Of a stretch of DNA of 64,000 nucleotides, positions 1 to 11,926 are shown in pieces. The DNA comes from Selaginella moellendorffii (lineage: Eukaryota; Plantae; Lycopodiophyta). The translations under genes were made by a program, and so were the position numbers. The stretch spans positions 318,503-382,502 of the forward strand of contig NW_003314266.1 in assembly GCF_000143415.4 (NCBI RefSeq), written 5' to 3'. The notes beneath the pieces are model-generated. The model was given only the letters and a program-made list of their open reading frames with translations, did not search any database and was not told where the DNA came from. Each line of letters starts with the position of its first letter. Within the stretch, counting starts at the first letter, position 1.

Positions 1-246
1 CTGCCTCACTTACAGATTTTGTGCTTGCCATGAGAACGCTCTTCACCCTAAAATATGGAGTTCGTTGTGTTATAAAAGGAAACCAACACACACGCTGCAA
101 GGGAATGATGGTACATAAAGCACGTAAGCCCACAATATGGGTTTATGTGCCATTAATATGGGCCACACGCCATATTATTAGATTTATGCACGTGTGATTG
201 GTAAATGCATATGTCACATCATCTTTGTTTTACCTCACACACTATA

Positions 247-3200
247 TCAAGCCTCCTCTGATTCAGATTCGGATTGTTCACCTTGAAATAAAATACATTA
301 GAAACTTTGTAAAGGAATATTAATGAATCTCACCTTGAACCCGAGTTATGAATGCTCTTGCTGCATCTCTTGCATGGTCTGGCAAGGTGATGGTGGCACT
401 CTGCTTCCGCATCCAACCATGCACAACATTATCCACCGATATGCTCATGCTGGGATCCCTTGGATTCAGCACCCATCTCTTTTCTAGGCAATCCTTCGTA
501 TATCCGGAACTTGGCTTGAACCACTCCACAGTTACATTGAAGGAGTTAGTTTCCGCGTCCTCCTCTGCATCAGTGATGCAGCGCCCCACCCATATCATTT
601 GTTTTTTATTACTGGGTCTGACAAGCACGACCATTCCTTTGCAGACCTGTACTGGATTGAATGCTGAATCCGGCTTCTTGTTCCTCGGCCCACAATAGTG
701 ATCCTCAACATCGTTATCTGTCACTGCATTTCCAGAGGACATTGTTCCGCTACTATCTGGTGCTCTGGGTTCTGGCCAAAAGGACTCTTCCAATTCTTCA
801 TATACAACCGGCCCATTTTGGATAGCAGATATAATCTTCTCCCAGTATTCGAGCAAAGGCTTGCACCTCTGAAAATAGGATTCTCCACCAAACACCAACC
901 CCCTCTTCCAGAAGGCAATATGCTGTCTAATCCCGGCCACTATACTTTCCTGGTCTTTGAGTCCATCCGGGTGCATCGGCCGTGGGGAACCCTGAGGAAT
1001 CATAGGTTCCCCAGTTATGGGATCTCTCTTGAAGAGTTCAATGCCGTCCACTGGCAGCCACACTGTGTCCCATTCTCTCATCTTGTACCTCATCACTGGA
1101 GCACCGTCACACATGTTGAAATGAAACTGAAGAGGCTTGGAGTGGCCAATCAGCGTTTCGGATCCATCCCTGATGTAGCCTCTTACAAACCCCTTAAAGT
1201 CTGGAACCTCTGTCAGAAGTGCAGCTTCAACAGTGCCTTTGATGCAATTTTGGAATTCATCGTAGAGTTGTGGGAGGGTGAGGACATTGGATCGCCGGAG
1301 GGACTCTGCCAGGTGACTGAACATGGCATCGACGTCTTCATGAGTGTGCCCAACCATGAGAAAGCCAAGTGTAACCGTTTCAAATATGCCTTTGGCAACA
1401 AGCATCGCCAAGTACGCGAAGACGTACATGTTTTTGTTCTCACTGCTAGCATTGTCTGTTTGGAGCAGAAGATGGGGTGGAAGGCCACATCGGCCGCAAG
1501 AACTTCCTTGAGATTCTGCTTCGTTTGGATGAGGCTGTGCATTCACCGGGCGACCAGCCTCGTCGGAATGGCATGAGGCCTCACGTGATAACCCTACAAT
1601 CTGACGGCCAACATATTCACTGGGATGGCATGGGGCCCCACGCGATACTGCAAGCCTTTGCTCCTCCTCCAGCTGAACCCTGTATGGGGTTCGATCGACA
1701 AGGGCCTTATGCAAGGGTTGGCCGTTCAGCTCAGTCTGCGCACTTTGCAGAGACCTTAAGTGTTTTGCTAGGGACGCAATCATCATGTTTGCACCCCCGC
1801 CACCCCATAGAGGTACAAAGAAGTTCCCATAGTTCTGGGCACCATGCCCATGAGCGATTATGCCAAACAGAGACACAGGCAGCTGCATGGATGAAGAGAT
1901 TGCCTTGGGGGCAGGATTGAGTCGAGGTAAGCACGTCTTTTTCTGGTCCATTTTGTCGTGGATGATGCAGAGGTAAGAGTCAGGTCTCTCCATGGAGAGA
2001 ATCCTGTTATGATAATATGCAGTCCTGCAGCTTCTCTGCTTGATGTTGTGGTCGAGCCGCCTTCTAACCAACGTCTCTCGCTCTTGAGCGCTGCAAGAAT
2101 TCTTCGACAAAGCCATTTTGATAGCAGTGCACTCGTCACACTTTGAAAAGCTGGAGTACTTTCCTATACTCACATCCCTGAACCTGTTGCTCCACAATCT
2201 ACTAAATCTAGATTGGCTCAGCTTCCTGTAGCCATTACTCTGGAGTTCCCGATTCACATCTTCCAATATGGCCCCCTTGGTATACATGGAAGGGAGAACT
2301 CGTTGGGTGTCTCGTGTTCCATCTTCCAAGAGGCGGGTTTTATGTGGTTGCTGCTCGCTACATGTCTCGACAAACCTCTTGAAGATTGCCTCTCCATATA
2401 CAACATGACCCCTGGTTTTGTGCGTACCGTCGTTCCCATGGACTGCCTGTTGAACCCTTTGTTCCTCGAACTCAGTTTTGATTCTGTAGAATGTGCTTCG
2501 AGGGACTCCATAAATGATTCTCCATGCCTTCATGCAGACCAAACCCCTCTGGAAGACCATGCCCCCCACCTGATGTTCTGAAGCATCAACAGATGACCGT
2601 AATGCCTCATACACAAAATTGCGAGCTGCCTTCCAGGACAATGTCTTGTATCTTGCTCTCTCCTCTTCAATAGCATCCCAATCAGCATGTTGACAGCACC
2701 TCCTCTTGCAACAAGCAACTGTCGAGACCATTCGAACCTCCATCGCCATTTTCTGCCTTTTCGGTTCGTTGCTCAGATCCCTTTGGCTGCGCTTTAGGAA
2801 GGTGTACTTTCTTTTCCCATGAAGAGATGTTCTGTCATCAGTTGTAGTGGTGTTTGATTGTGAATCCTTCACATTCTCAAACACTAAGTGCCTCAATTTC
2901 CACCGCACAATGCTTCCAATAGTCAGACTGTTTTCTTCTGTGTCAACAACCTCTAAAATCGCAACTCCAATATCATCCCAGCCCAATTCTTGATTAGCAA
3001 CCGCATCTCTTGGATCGACAACTGTGGCTAAGCCCTCAGCTACCACCTCCCCCTCGGGGTTGTTTAGAAACACTTTTGCCTGAATCCATGTAGCACGGTT
3101 CTTAAGATCCACGGAGGGAACATGCGTCGCACTTGCGCTGTCCCCAACATCTGCTTTCTTCTGAAGATTTTTCAAGGCAACAACAACATTTACCCCGACG

Positions 3201-3388
3201 ACCATCTCTCCTCGTTCAATAGCGACCACATTCCCATCGAAGACAGTCTCTACTGATACAGCAGCATTGCCTTCCCCAAGCCTTTGACAGTGTATAACAA
3301 AGTTCCGATCCATAGACACAAGGGTCCCTTTTGCAACTCTCTTCCCACCATTCAAAATGTAAACCTTTTCCCCAACCCTGAAGGCCAT
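247..3388 (-). CDS. Sola1-like / DUF7869-type DDD transposase, ~1029 aa (main exon 3388-334, 52-nt intron 333-282, last exon 281-247 encoding GEQSESESEEA*)
   Basis: Motifs IIHDKMDQ, LQTDNASSENKN and FLMVGHTHEDVDAMFS (RNase-H-fold D-D-D pattern typical of Sola1-related proteins), plus CCKRRCC, VCMKAWRIIYGV-HGN and FSKCDEC. Donor CAAG|GTGAG at 334/333, acceptor tttcaag at 283-282, and an acceptor tttcag just upstream of the ATG (3391-3390). Confidence 0.8.
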
Positions 3389-6335
3389 TCTGAAAGTGCA
3401 GAAAAGAAGTTAAGACCATACAAAAAATGATTGGAAAATGGCCTAAATCATAACATACCAAACAACCTCAATAGCATGAGGCCACATGCCATTATTCAAA
3501 CATGCTATTGACACCCACGTGAAATTTCGCATTCACAAAATTGGCATGAGGCCTCATGCCATCTTGATATACACACAGCTGCAGGCAAGTAAAAACATAC
3601 ATGACAATACGCTAGCCATGAAATTGCAAGGGCCCAAGATGGCATGTGGCCTCATGCCATTTCTAAATGTGGTCCTAAGCCATTCCATGGTGAACATACC
3701 AGGAAGCACAAGTGCCGAATATCAAGAGGAAGCGGTAGCCACACCAAAGACAGTGCCGCTCGCAACACCGCAACTACTCGTAGCGCCGCTCGCAACACCG
3801 CAACTGCTCGTAGCGCCGCTCGCACAAACTGCCACTCGCATAAACTGCCGCTCGCAATGGCGCTCGCAATGCCGCAACCGCTCGTAGACGCATAAACCAC
3901 AGCCCACAACGCCGCTTACACAAGCAGCGCTCACTGCGCTCAGCGGAACCAAGAACACGGCGCACAAAAATGATAGACCTAGGAATGAGTTCGAGAATTC
4001 AAAAATAACACACGCTTGAACGTCACATCAAATCCTCTGACAAACCAGATCTTATGATTCCTCTGACAAATTTCAAACTGAGTAGCTTCTAGACTTTGCT
4101 GTCGGAGGTTGAACTTTGTCACATCATGTCCTTGCCTCGATCCAGCTATGCCATGTCAGTGATTCGAACTTTGCCATGCCATGTCAGCGATCCGCGCCAA
4201 GATTATTCGCCGTGTAAAGGAATAATTACGCTGTGTGTGTACGTCCATTTATGGCAATATAAGGCCACACGCCATTCAAAGAATAATGCTCGACATAAGG
4301 CCACACGCCATTCAAAGAATAATGCTAGTCGAGCATTTTTTGGTGCATTTTTGGGTTCAAAATTGCATGAGCCCACACGCTATAAAGTTTACCTGTACCA
4401 AAAATAGAAACAGCTTTATTTACTTGGGAATTTAAGTGGTTGAGGCATTTTTAAACTTACAAACACATGCCCTACTTACATTCCTTTGGTTGCCTAAAAT
4501 TCAAAAATATTATAAACCTTTCTTTTTGCATTTTCAATGTTTTCAATTATGGTTTTTGATTTTCGTAGGACTAGCCTAGTAATCTATTTGCATCCCGTCA
4601 TGTTTATAGCTAGCTTTCGTTCGTCCCCTTCGCTAGCCTGAGATACATCTGCTCGGCATCTGCCTCTTACAGCATTTGCCCAGAAAGGGCATCTTTCTTC
4701 ACGCAGCATTTGCCACATGTTTAGGGTTTAGGGTTTAGGGTTTAGGGTTTAGCAATTCAGTAGCTTGATAAACATGCAAATACAGAACTTGATGTAAAAT
4801 CCTTTGATATGTCACAATGCCCCTAGGACCATAAACACATTTCAATAGAGAGGGTCCTTTCATTTCATAACTCCTTACGTAGATCTTGGTGAAACCAGAG
4901 TTAGTGAAGTTAGTTTTTTGTGATCTCGCATCTGATTGTGATGTCCCTTTGCAGTTTCGATGGAAAGGTCAATGCACACCAAACTGTGAAATCTTGGAGC
5001 AAAATAACGGTCGGATCTATGGCAAATGCCCCTGAAACATTGTAAGGCTCGTGTGGTCTCATGTGGTGTCCGATTGAGATGCTTCTTTGCAGGGTCATCA
5101 AGAAAGACATTGTATACCATTCTGTAAAATCTAGTTGCGATCTAACGGTTGGATCTCCAGAAAACTCAAAAAAATCTCGTGCGTGTCAGAATATCCTAGG
5201 AATATACTCCTATGTGCCCCTGAAAATGGCATGCGGCCCCACGCCATTCAAGAGATAATGCCAGATGACGCCGAGAATTTTTTGGTGCATTTTTTGGGTT
5301 CAAAATTGCATGAGCCCACACGCTATAAAGTTTATCTTTGCCAAATAGAGAAAAGTTTATCTGTGTCATGTGAGGTAGTTACAGTCTTTTGTGCTCGGCA
5401 TCTGCCTCTTGCAGCATTTGCACTGAAAGGGAATTTTTCTCCATTCAGCATTTGGCCCTGAAAATGGCATGCGCCCACACGCCATTCAAGGAATAACGCC
5501 ACAGGACGCCTGGATTTTTGGGTTTAAAATGTTTAGGGTTTTTTGGGTTTTTTCAAAATATTTTGGGTCCAACGTTTTTTGGGTTTCTTTGGTTCAAAAT
5601 TGCATGAGCCCACACGCTATAATATTGATTTGAGAGAAAAATAGAAACAGATAGAATTTCTTTATTTAGCTGAACATCTGCCATTTTTGGAAATACAAGA
5701 TGCTTTGGAATATCCAATCATGCATGGTATAAATATAGCGAGGGTATTAAATGATATCCCAATCATGATCTTTCTTTTGGATTTCGCGTGCATGCAGTCC
5801 GAGGAATGATGACGTTGCGGATTTCTTTTGGATTTTGCGTGCTTGCATGCGCGCGGCAATCCAGAAATTAATGGTGGCGCCCAAGTCCGAGGAATGATGA
5901 CGTGGCGGGATTACCAACCGTTGTGACATTTCGCGCGTGTGAGGTTAGGTTTTGCATTTTGCTTTGTACTCGCGCTCGCGCTCGCATCACACTCGCGCTC
6001 CCGCTCGCATCGCGCTCCCACTCGCGATCACGCTCACTTCTCTACAGGTTTCTCGTGTGCATCGGCGTCCACTCGCGCTTGCATCACACTCGCGCTCGCA
6101 TCGCGCTCGTGTGCATCGGCGTCCACTTCAAGACACACCCAGTTTGTAACTTCGCCGCCAACTCCGCCGCCCACTCCACCACCCACACGCAGCCCACTTG
6201 GCGTCCCAGGAGATTTCAGCACCACTCTCCAACTGTAAGTGGCAAAGTAGCCTTGCTGCTACGATCCGCTGCACACACAGTGCACATTCGCCAGCGAGTC
6301 CGGCCTCGATTGTCACGGCCTCCATTCGGCTTCAA
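3389..6335. promoter_or_regulatory. Divergent promoter / 5'UTR region with duplicated blocks and CpG-rich GCTCGCA-type repeats
   Basis: Lies between two head-to-head ATGs. Block 4258-4410 recurs at ~5236-5345 and ~5474-5620, and 4650-4715 recurs at ~5391-5455. GCCGCTCGCA repeats at 3755-3890 and CGCGCTCGCA repeats at 5970-6115. GTCCGAGGAATGATGACGT occurs at 5797 and 5885. Confidence 0.6.
4720..4752 (+). repeat. Interstitial plant telomeric repeat (TTTAGGG)4 TTTAG
   Basis: Read directly from the sequence. Confidence 0.9.
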
Positions 6336-9300
6336 ATGGTAAGTCTTTTAGACGAAGTAGAAAATGGCATGAGGCCACATGCCATTCAGTAGCAACATTG
6401 GCATGCACCGATTGGGCTCTCGAGTGCAGTCCGGTTACAGATGGCGTGTAGCCTCACGCCATCTTAGGATGCAGCCTCAAGACATCTGATGCAGTGGTGA
6501 ATGGCGTGTGGCCTCACGTTATTTCCAGCTGCTAGCTTTTCATCTGTCAGCTCTAATTGTTGTGCATTTTTTAACAGGCGAGGAATTGCGTTCTTCTTCC
6601 AGCCACTGTCAATGTGGATGCAGAGAAGGGGGAGGAGCTCACCAGTTGGACTTTCGGGATGGAAGGCGAGGATCTGATGCTGTACAACACAGATGGTGGG
6701 AGAAAAGAATACATGGGGATCCTCATCCAAGTGACAGACACTCCATGCAGTTCCATGCAAGAATATGGACTGGCACTTGTGGTAGAGACAGCGTCCGCCT
6801 TCAAGATCCACCTTGCACATCCTAGCGGCTTCCCGGAGGGGGGCAGCGGCTATGAGGAATTCCTAGAGGGAGCTAGGGAGAGGTTGTCCAGGAGGCCCAC
6901 AATTTCAAAGACGCTGCGGGTTTATGAAGATCACATGGAATCCACGGACCTCACCTACGGCGATGTTCAAAAACTATATTCCAACATTGAGCCGTTGAGA
7001 GTGCCTCCAGTTTGCGAAGCGAAGGGGAAGGGGGTCGATCTGGAAACTACCCCGAAGCAGAAAAGGGTGGTCAAGCTCAAGCCGACGTCCGACTCTGCTG
7101 CTCCAAAAAAGAAGCTACTCGGTGATGCCATTGCCTCGGGTTCGAACACTACACCCACCAAAAAGAAGAGCCGCAAAGAGCAGAAAGAGCAAGAAGAGGC
7201 AGCAAAAATCGTCGCAGATAATAGTACTTGTTACTATTCCAACAAAGTATATACAATCGACGTGAGCCGTATCGAGATCCAAAGCAAATACAACCACAGG
7301 CTAGTATCTGATGAGTGGGTGGAGAAACTGAAGCAGAAGATGCTGGCAAGTCCAGTAACACCCGACATCGCAGACGTGATCCCCTACTACCGAACAATGA
7401 AGGGCGAGACGAGGTTTCCAGACTTGATCAATAGGAAGGTGTTGGACGATCAGAACATCCGGTTCTATGCCGTCTCCGGGCAGCATTCTAGCTTGGCGAT
7501 GCAACAGATAGTTGTGGATATTATGGTGGGCGAGGAGGTGAAGAAAGTCTTCAAGACAAGAGTTGTCCGCCTGATAAAAGGCAACTCGCCCCTCCGATCT
7601 ATCATATACATCTCCCACGCGCAGAATGTCAAGCAAGAAACGTGCTACAAATCGGGTCTGCACGAGACATTGGCACGAACACGGAAGCTCTGGGTTCAAC
7701 TGAAGAAGCCACAAAAACCAGGACAAGGACGTGCACTAGCAACTAGCGCCTGGCAGGTAAGCCTCGTTGCATGTGGCATAGCATGTGGCCTCACGCCATT
7801 TCCATTGCAGGAATTCTCGAGTCTTCTCTCGAAAACACTGGGGGTCAATGACACACTCAGCATCCATAACATTCTACTCGCGACAAAAGTTGTTTTTGAC
7901 AAATGGGTAGATGTGCTAAGGAGGTACCATGACGGGGAGTTGCTAAACTCAATGGGTGTGGAGGACGGCCGGAAGCCCAATGATTTGAAGCTCAACGCCT
8001 TGCGTTTCTCGCGGTCTCTAGACGACGACGACCTTCTGATAGTGGCTAATGCTCTTCTACTTGGTGAGGTAGTCTTCAACAAGACCAAAATGACTCCCGG
8101 CCATATTGTGACATACGAGGACTTGTGCACGACTCTGAGAGCTCGTGCACTATTGAAGGATTGGATCTTCGAGCAAGTGGCCGTGGCGAGGGTGAGCATC
8201 GACACCACGCAAGAGATGATGGAAGAGCTGGACTTGTCAAATGAAGACATCGACGAGTACGTGAAGGGGGCCCCCAAGTTCATCGATCTGCTGCGGGATG
8301 CCACGAAAAGTAAAGCTGAGAAGTTGGATCAGTATCCAAATTTCATTAAGAGGGATGTCGACCGCCGGCTTCAGAAACAGCTCGACCCCGCAGCAGAGGC
8401 CTATCGAGAACCTTACCGGGTATACGTGAATTCGGATGAGGATCAAAGGTGGAGGAGCATCGTTTCCCGCGGAGATGAGCAGGTCAAGAACATCTTTTGT
8501 GTGATGGACTTCACAAACGAGGAGATCACTCATGCAGACGAAGTCAGCTCCATCATTGACTTAATGGTGGGACTTGCGGAGGTGGAATCTTCAGTCCACT
8601 ATATGATCTACGACTCCGAATCCTATCACAAGTTCTGGAAGGCCTTGAACGAGGTGAAGGCTCGGTTGAAAGGCAAGGAGATGCGGGAGATCCATGGGAT
8701 AATGGCTAAGAAGAAGATACCGACGAATGTCCGCATCTTCACAGTCGCCCTTGTTATTGGTCCTGCAGCAGAGTGGGACTGGAGTGACTTCCCAGCTTCG
8801 TTCAACAAAGCCGATCGAATTGATCTGAGGGAGGTCAATTTACCCGTGCCTGAGGAACTGAAGACGGCTATGGAGCTTTCGAATCCAAAGAAAGCTCCAG
8901 GTGCAGCATGGGAAATGCTCAGCTGGGTCTTCAACGCAATAGCGGGTGACTCCAAGGGCAAATGCGTTGTCGAGTACAACTGCGGCGGACTATTCTTTCG
9001 AGCCGCACTACTCAAGGGTGTGCCGTGTGTTGCGGTGACAAACTCCATTGAAGAGGTGACTTCAATGGAGCATATAATTACAGTTGCCAAAGAAAAACAG
9101 TATCTTCTCTACGAACCTGGTGAGTACGCACTTTAAGTTTAAATGTTATCTCACAAGCTCTGTATGCAGGAGCGTGGCCACCCCCAGATGCTGAAACGGC
9201 GTTAACAGCTACTGATGTTAGGCCGAGGTCACAACCTGCACAAGGTAAGGTCACGTGAGGCCTCACGCCATTTTGATTATAGATCGTTGTGAATATTCAG

Positions 9301-11926
9301 ACACGAGGACTGAAAAGCGCACTGGTGGCGCGTCGAAGAAGGACAAACAGACAAGCAATAGGAAAAAAGGAGGTACAAATTATATTTGCAATGGCGTGTG
9401 GTCTCATGCCATTCCTTGCAGGAGACACTTCTTCAAAGGCAAAACAGGCAAGCACCAGCCAAGCTCAAACTGACAGTGGTCATAAAAAGCGAAAGCACGT
9501 TGGACAGTCGTCGGGATCAGAGGCGTTTGATTCGAAAAGGAAGAAGGGCAACGAAAAGATGATAGGTAATGCCTCGCGGTTATGGCGTGTGTGCTCATGC
9601 CATTCATTGCAGATCAAGGGCTGAGTGAAAGGAGCCAGTCACCACCTTCTGACTCAGATTCCTATGGCGGACTCCCCTTCCCCAATCTCAATGGAGAGGT
9701 ACAATGGATGAGGGATGCTTTTCAAGTCAGGGCCACGTTTTTCTCATCTCGTCGTCTTCGAAGGGTGCAAGAACGTGCAGAAACCATGTTAAGACAGTCG
9801 GGTGAGGATACGGTCCTAGGTCACGCACCAAAACAGGCTATGGATGTCTTGTATTTTGAGATGGAGACTCGGCCAGATGATTTTTCCAAGATGGTCCTGG
9901 AAAAACAAGCAATCCAGCCTGAGCAGCCTATGGAAGAAATGCAAGAGGGGGATGAGGAGCCAGAGAAAGATAATGAGCAGGAAGAGCAGAAGGACGAAGA
10001 GGAGGACGAAGAAGAGGAGGACGAAGAAGAGGAGGACGAAGAGGACTTGGATGGTCCTCACAATGGTGACGATCACAATAACGACGATGACGATGATGAC
10101 GATGATGGCCAGCCTGAGGTGGCCAAAGAGCAGCGGAGGAAGGTCATACAAGACAAACCATCAGGTAAATAATAGTACATCCATTCCTAACCTTTTACCA
10201 TTTCTAACATTGTCCATGTAGGTCGCAGAAGAAATGGTAAGTAGAGATTATTCAGTTGAATTAAGATACAAACTCTAGCCTTTAGTGTCGAGGAAGGATA
10301 GTGCCAAGCAAGGGTCGAAACGTATGTCCAATCCTTCAGAATCAGCAGTGCGCCCAAGTGATATCGGTCCTAGTTCCTCAATAGCAGTTGATGGTAAATA
10401 CAGTATAGTCGATTCAATGTGCTAATGAGTTTGTTTTTAGTAGCACGGGAGGATACCATCTCAATCGAAGGGAGATATTTGGACATGCATATGGATCCGC
10501 CAGTGGACTCTACTTGCCTGCAAGAGTCATCAGAGCTGGTGGAGGCTACTATCCATATCAACGCCAAGCAAGCTGACCACGCTCCACTTGATGCTGCCCA
10601 TACCACTGAGTCAATCTTGTCCACGTATCCAACTGACGGTGACCAGGCGCCATTGGACCCGCATGAGGCCGCCCCAGCCGCCGAGCCGGTCGTATCCTCA
10701 TTTCCAACGTGTGCCCAATCGTCTGACTACGCGCCGTTGGAACCTCCCTACACCGCCCCTGCTGCCTGTTCGGTCATGTCCACTTTGCCAACGGAGGCAC
10801 CAGCTGAAATGGCGTGTGATCACACGCCATCGGAACCACCCCATGCCACTGTTGAGCCAGTTGTACCAGAGTCTACAGCTGAAATGGCATGTGCCCACAC
10901 GCCATCGGATGCGATTGACCCCACATTGCAGAGGAGAGTATTTCCGCCCTTCACGTTTCCTCGACCAAAACCCTCTGAACGACCATCAGGAGCACCATTC
11001 GCTAATATTGTAGATGGTAAAATTGACTTGTACCATTTTTTATGCTAACGCATTTCATTTCAGAGTCACGGCGAAAGTACTGTATCGTTTTTGATCTGAA
11101 CGGTGTCCTTTTCTCCCATGAGCGTGGCTCGTCCTCGAATGTCACTGCACCCTCCAAAGCCTGCGGTCGCAAGTTGGTCAAAAGAAACAGATTCACATTA
11201 ATCACACGGGAGAAACTGCGGGATCTAATAATGACCATGCGACACTTAAAACAGAGGGCCGGGTTCAATTTGCAATTGGGAGTTTGGACATCCATGATGC
11301 GCCACAATGCATTAACGTTGCTACAGATGATGCACGATCAGACGCGAGTAATATTACCATTTGACTTTCTCCTAACGCAGGAGGATTGCTTGACTATGGT
11401 CCATGTGAGGGGTAGCAAGCCCATCTTCGTCAAGGCAGAGGCTGTAGTGATGAACCGGACTGCTAGGTCAAGTGAAATCCTCATCATCGATGACTCGCCG
11501 ATTAAAACTGCAGCGAACACGCACACATATGCAGTGCACCCCATCTCTTGCAGTATGGAAACTAGGGAGAAGAAACCGTATGTTCTGGGGGACCTTGCAA
11601 AACGGCTTGAAGCGATGGTGATAGAGAACCGGCCAGTCCAGGAGGTGGCTGCAGAAATCAACCAAATGGCAGATGGAACGGTATATCAGAAGCCATTTGA
11701 TCGGACAGACACCAGTCATCATTTATGGCATGTATATTGTCTAGCCAAGCACTATCCGCATCTCCATAATCTGCTCAACCGGATGGGTTCTTCGACCACT
11801 GAACATGAGCGTGGACGTATTAGAGAAGAGATGGCATTACTATTGGGTTTAAATCCTGATAGTGTGGAGAGTGATGAAATTCCAAGATTATTGTATAGGC
11901 ATTGGAGGCAAAAAATAACAGTCTGA
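6336..11926 (+). CDS. ~1631-aa multidomain protein: ParB/Srx-like domain + degenerate N6/N4 DNA-methyltransferase-like fold + acidic D/E tract + FCP1/NIF-like HAD phosphatase; 11 exons
   Basis: Exons 6336-6338, 6578-7756, 7811-9119, 9170-9244, 9301-9372, 9422-9565, 9613-10164, 10222-10236, 10286-10393, 10441-11016 and 11064-11926 join through GT-AG introns into one open frame (4896 nt). Motifs: FYAVSGQHSSLAM (ParB-like), CVVEYNCGGLFFRAALLKGVPCVAV (MTase motif-I-like, degenerate), IVFDLNGVL...VWTS...LIIDDSPIK (NIF/FCP1 HAD). Confidence 0.72.

Noticed and set aside
348-2718. Antisense and alternate-frame ORFs (698-1576 etc.) over the transposase
   Set aside because: Shadow ORFs of a long coding frame; no recognisable motifs.
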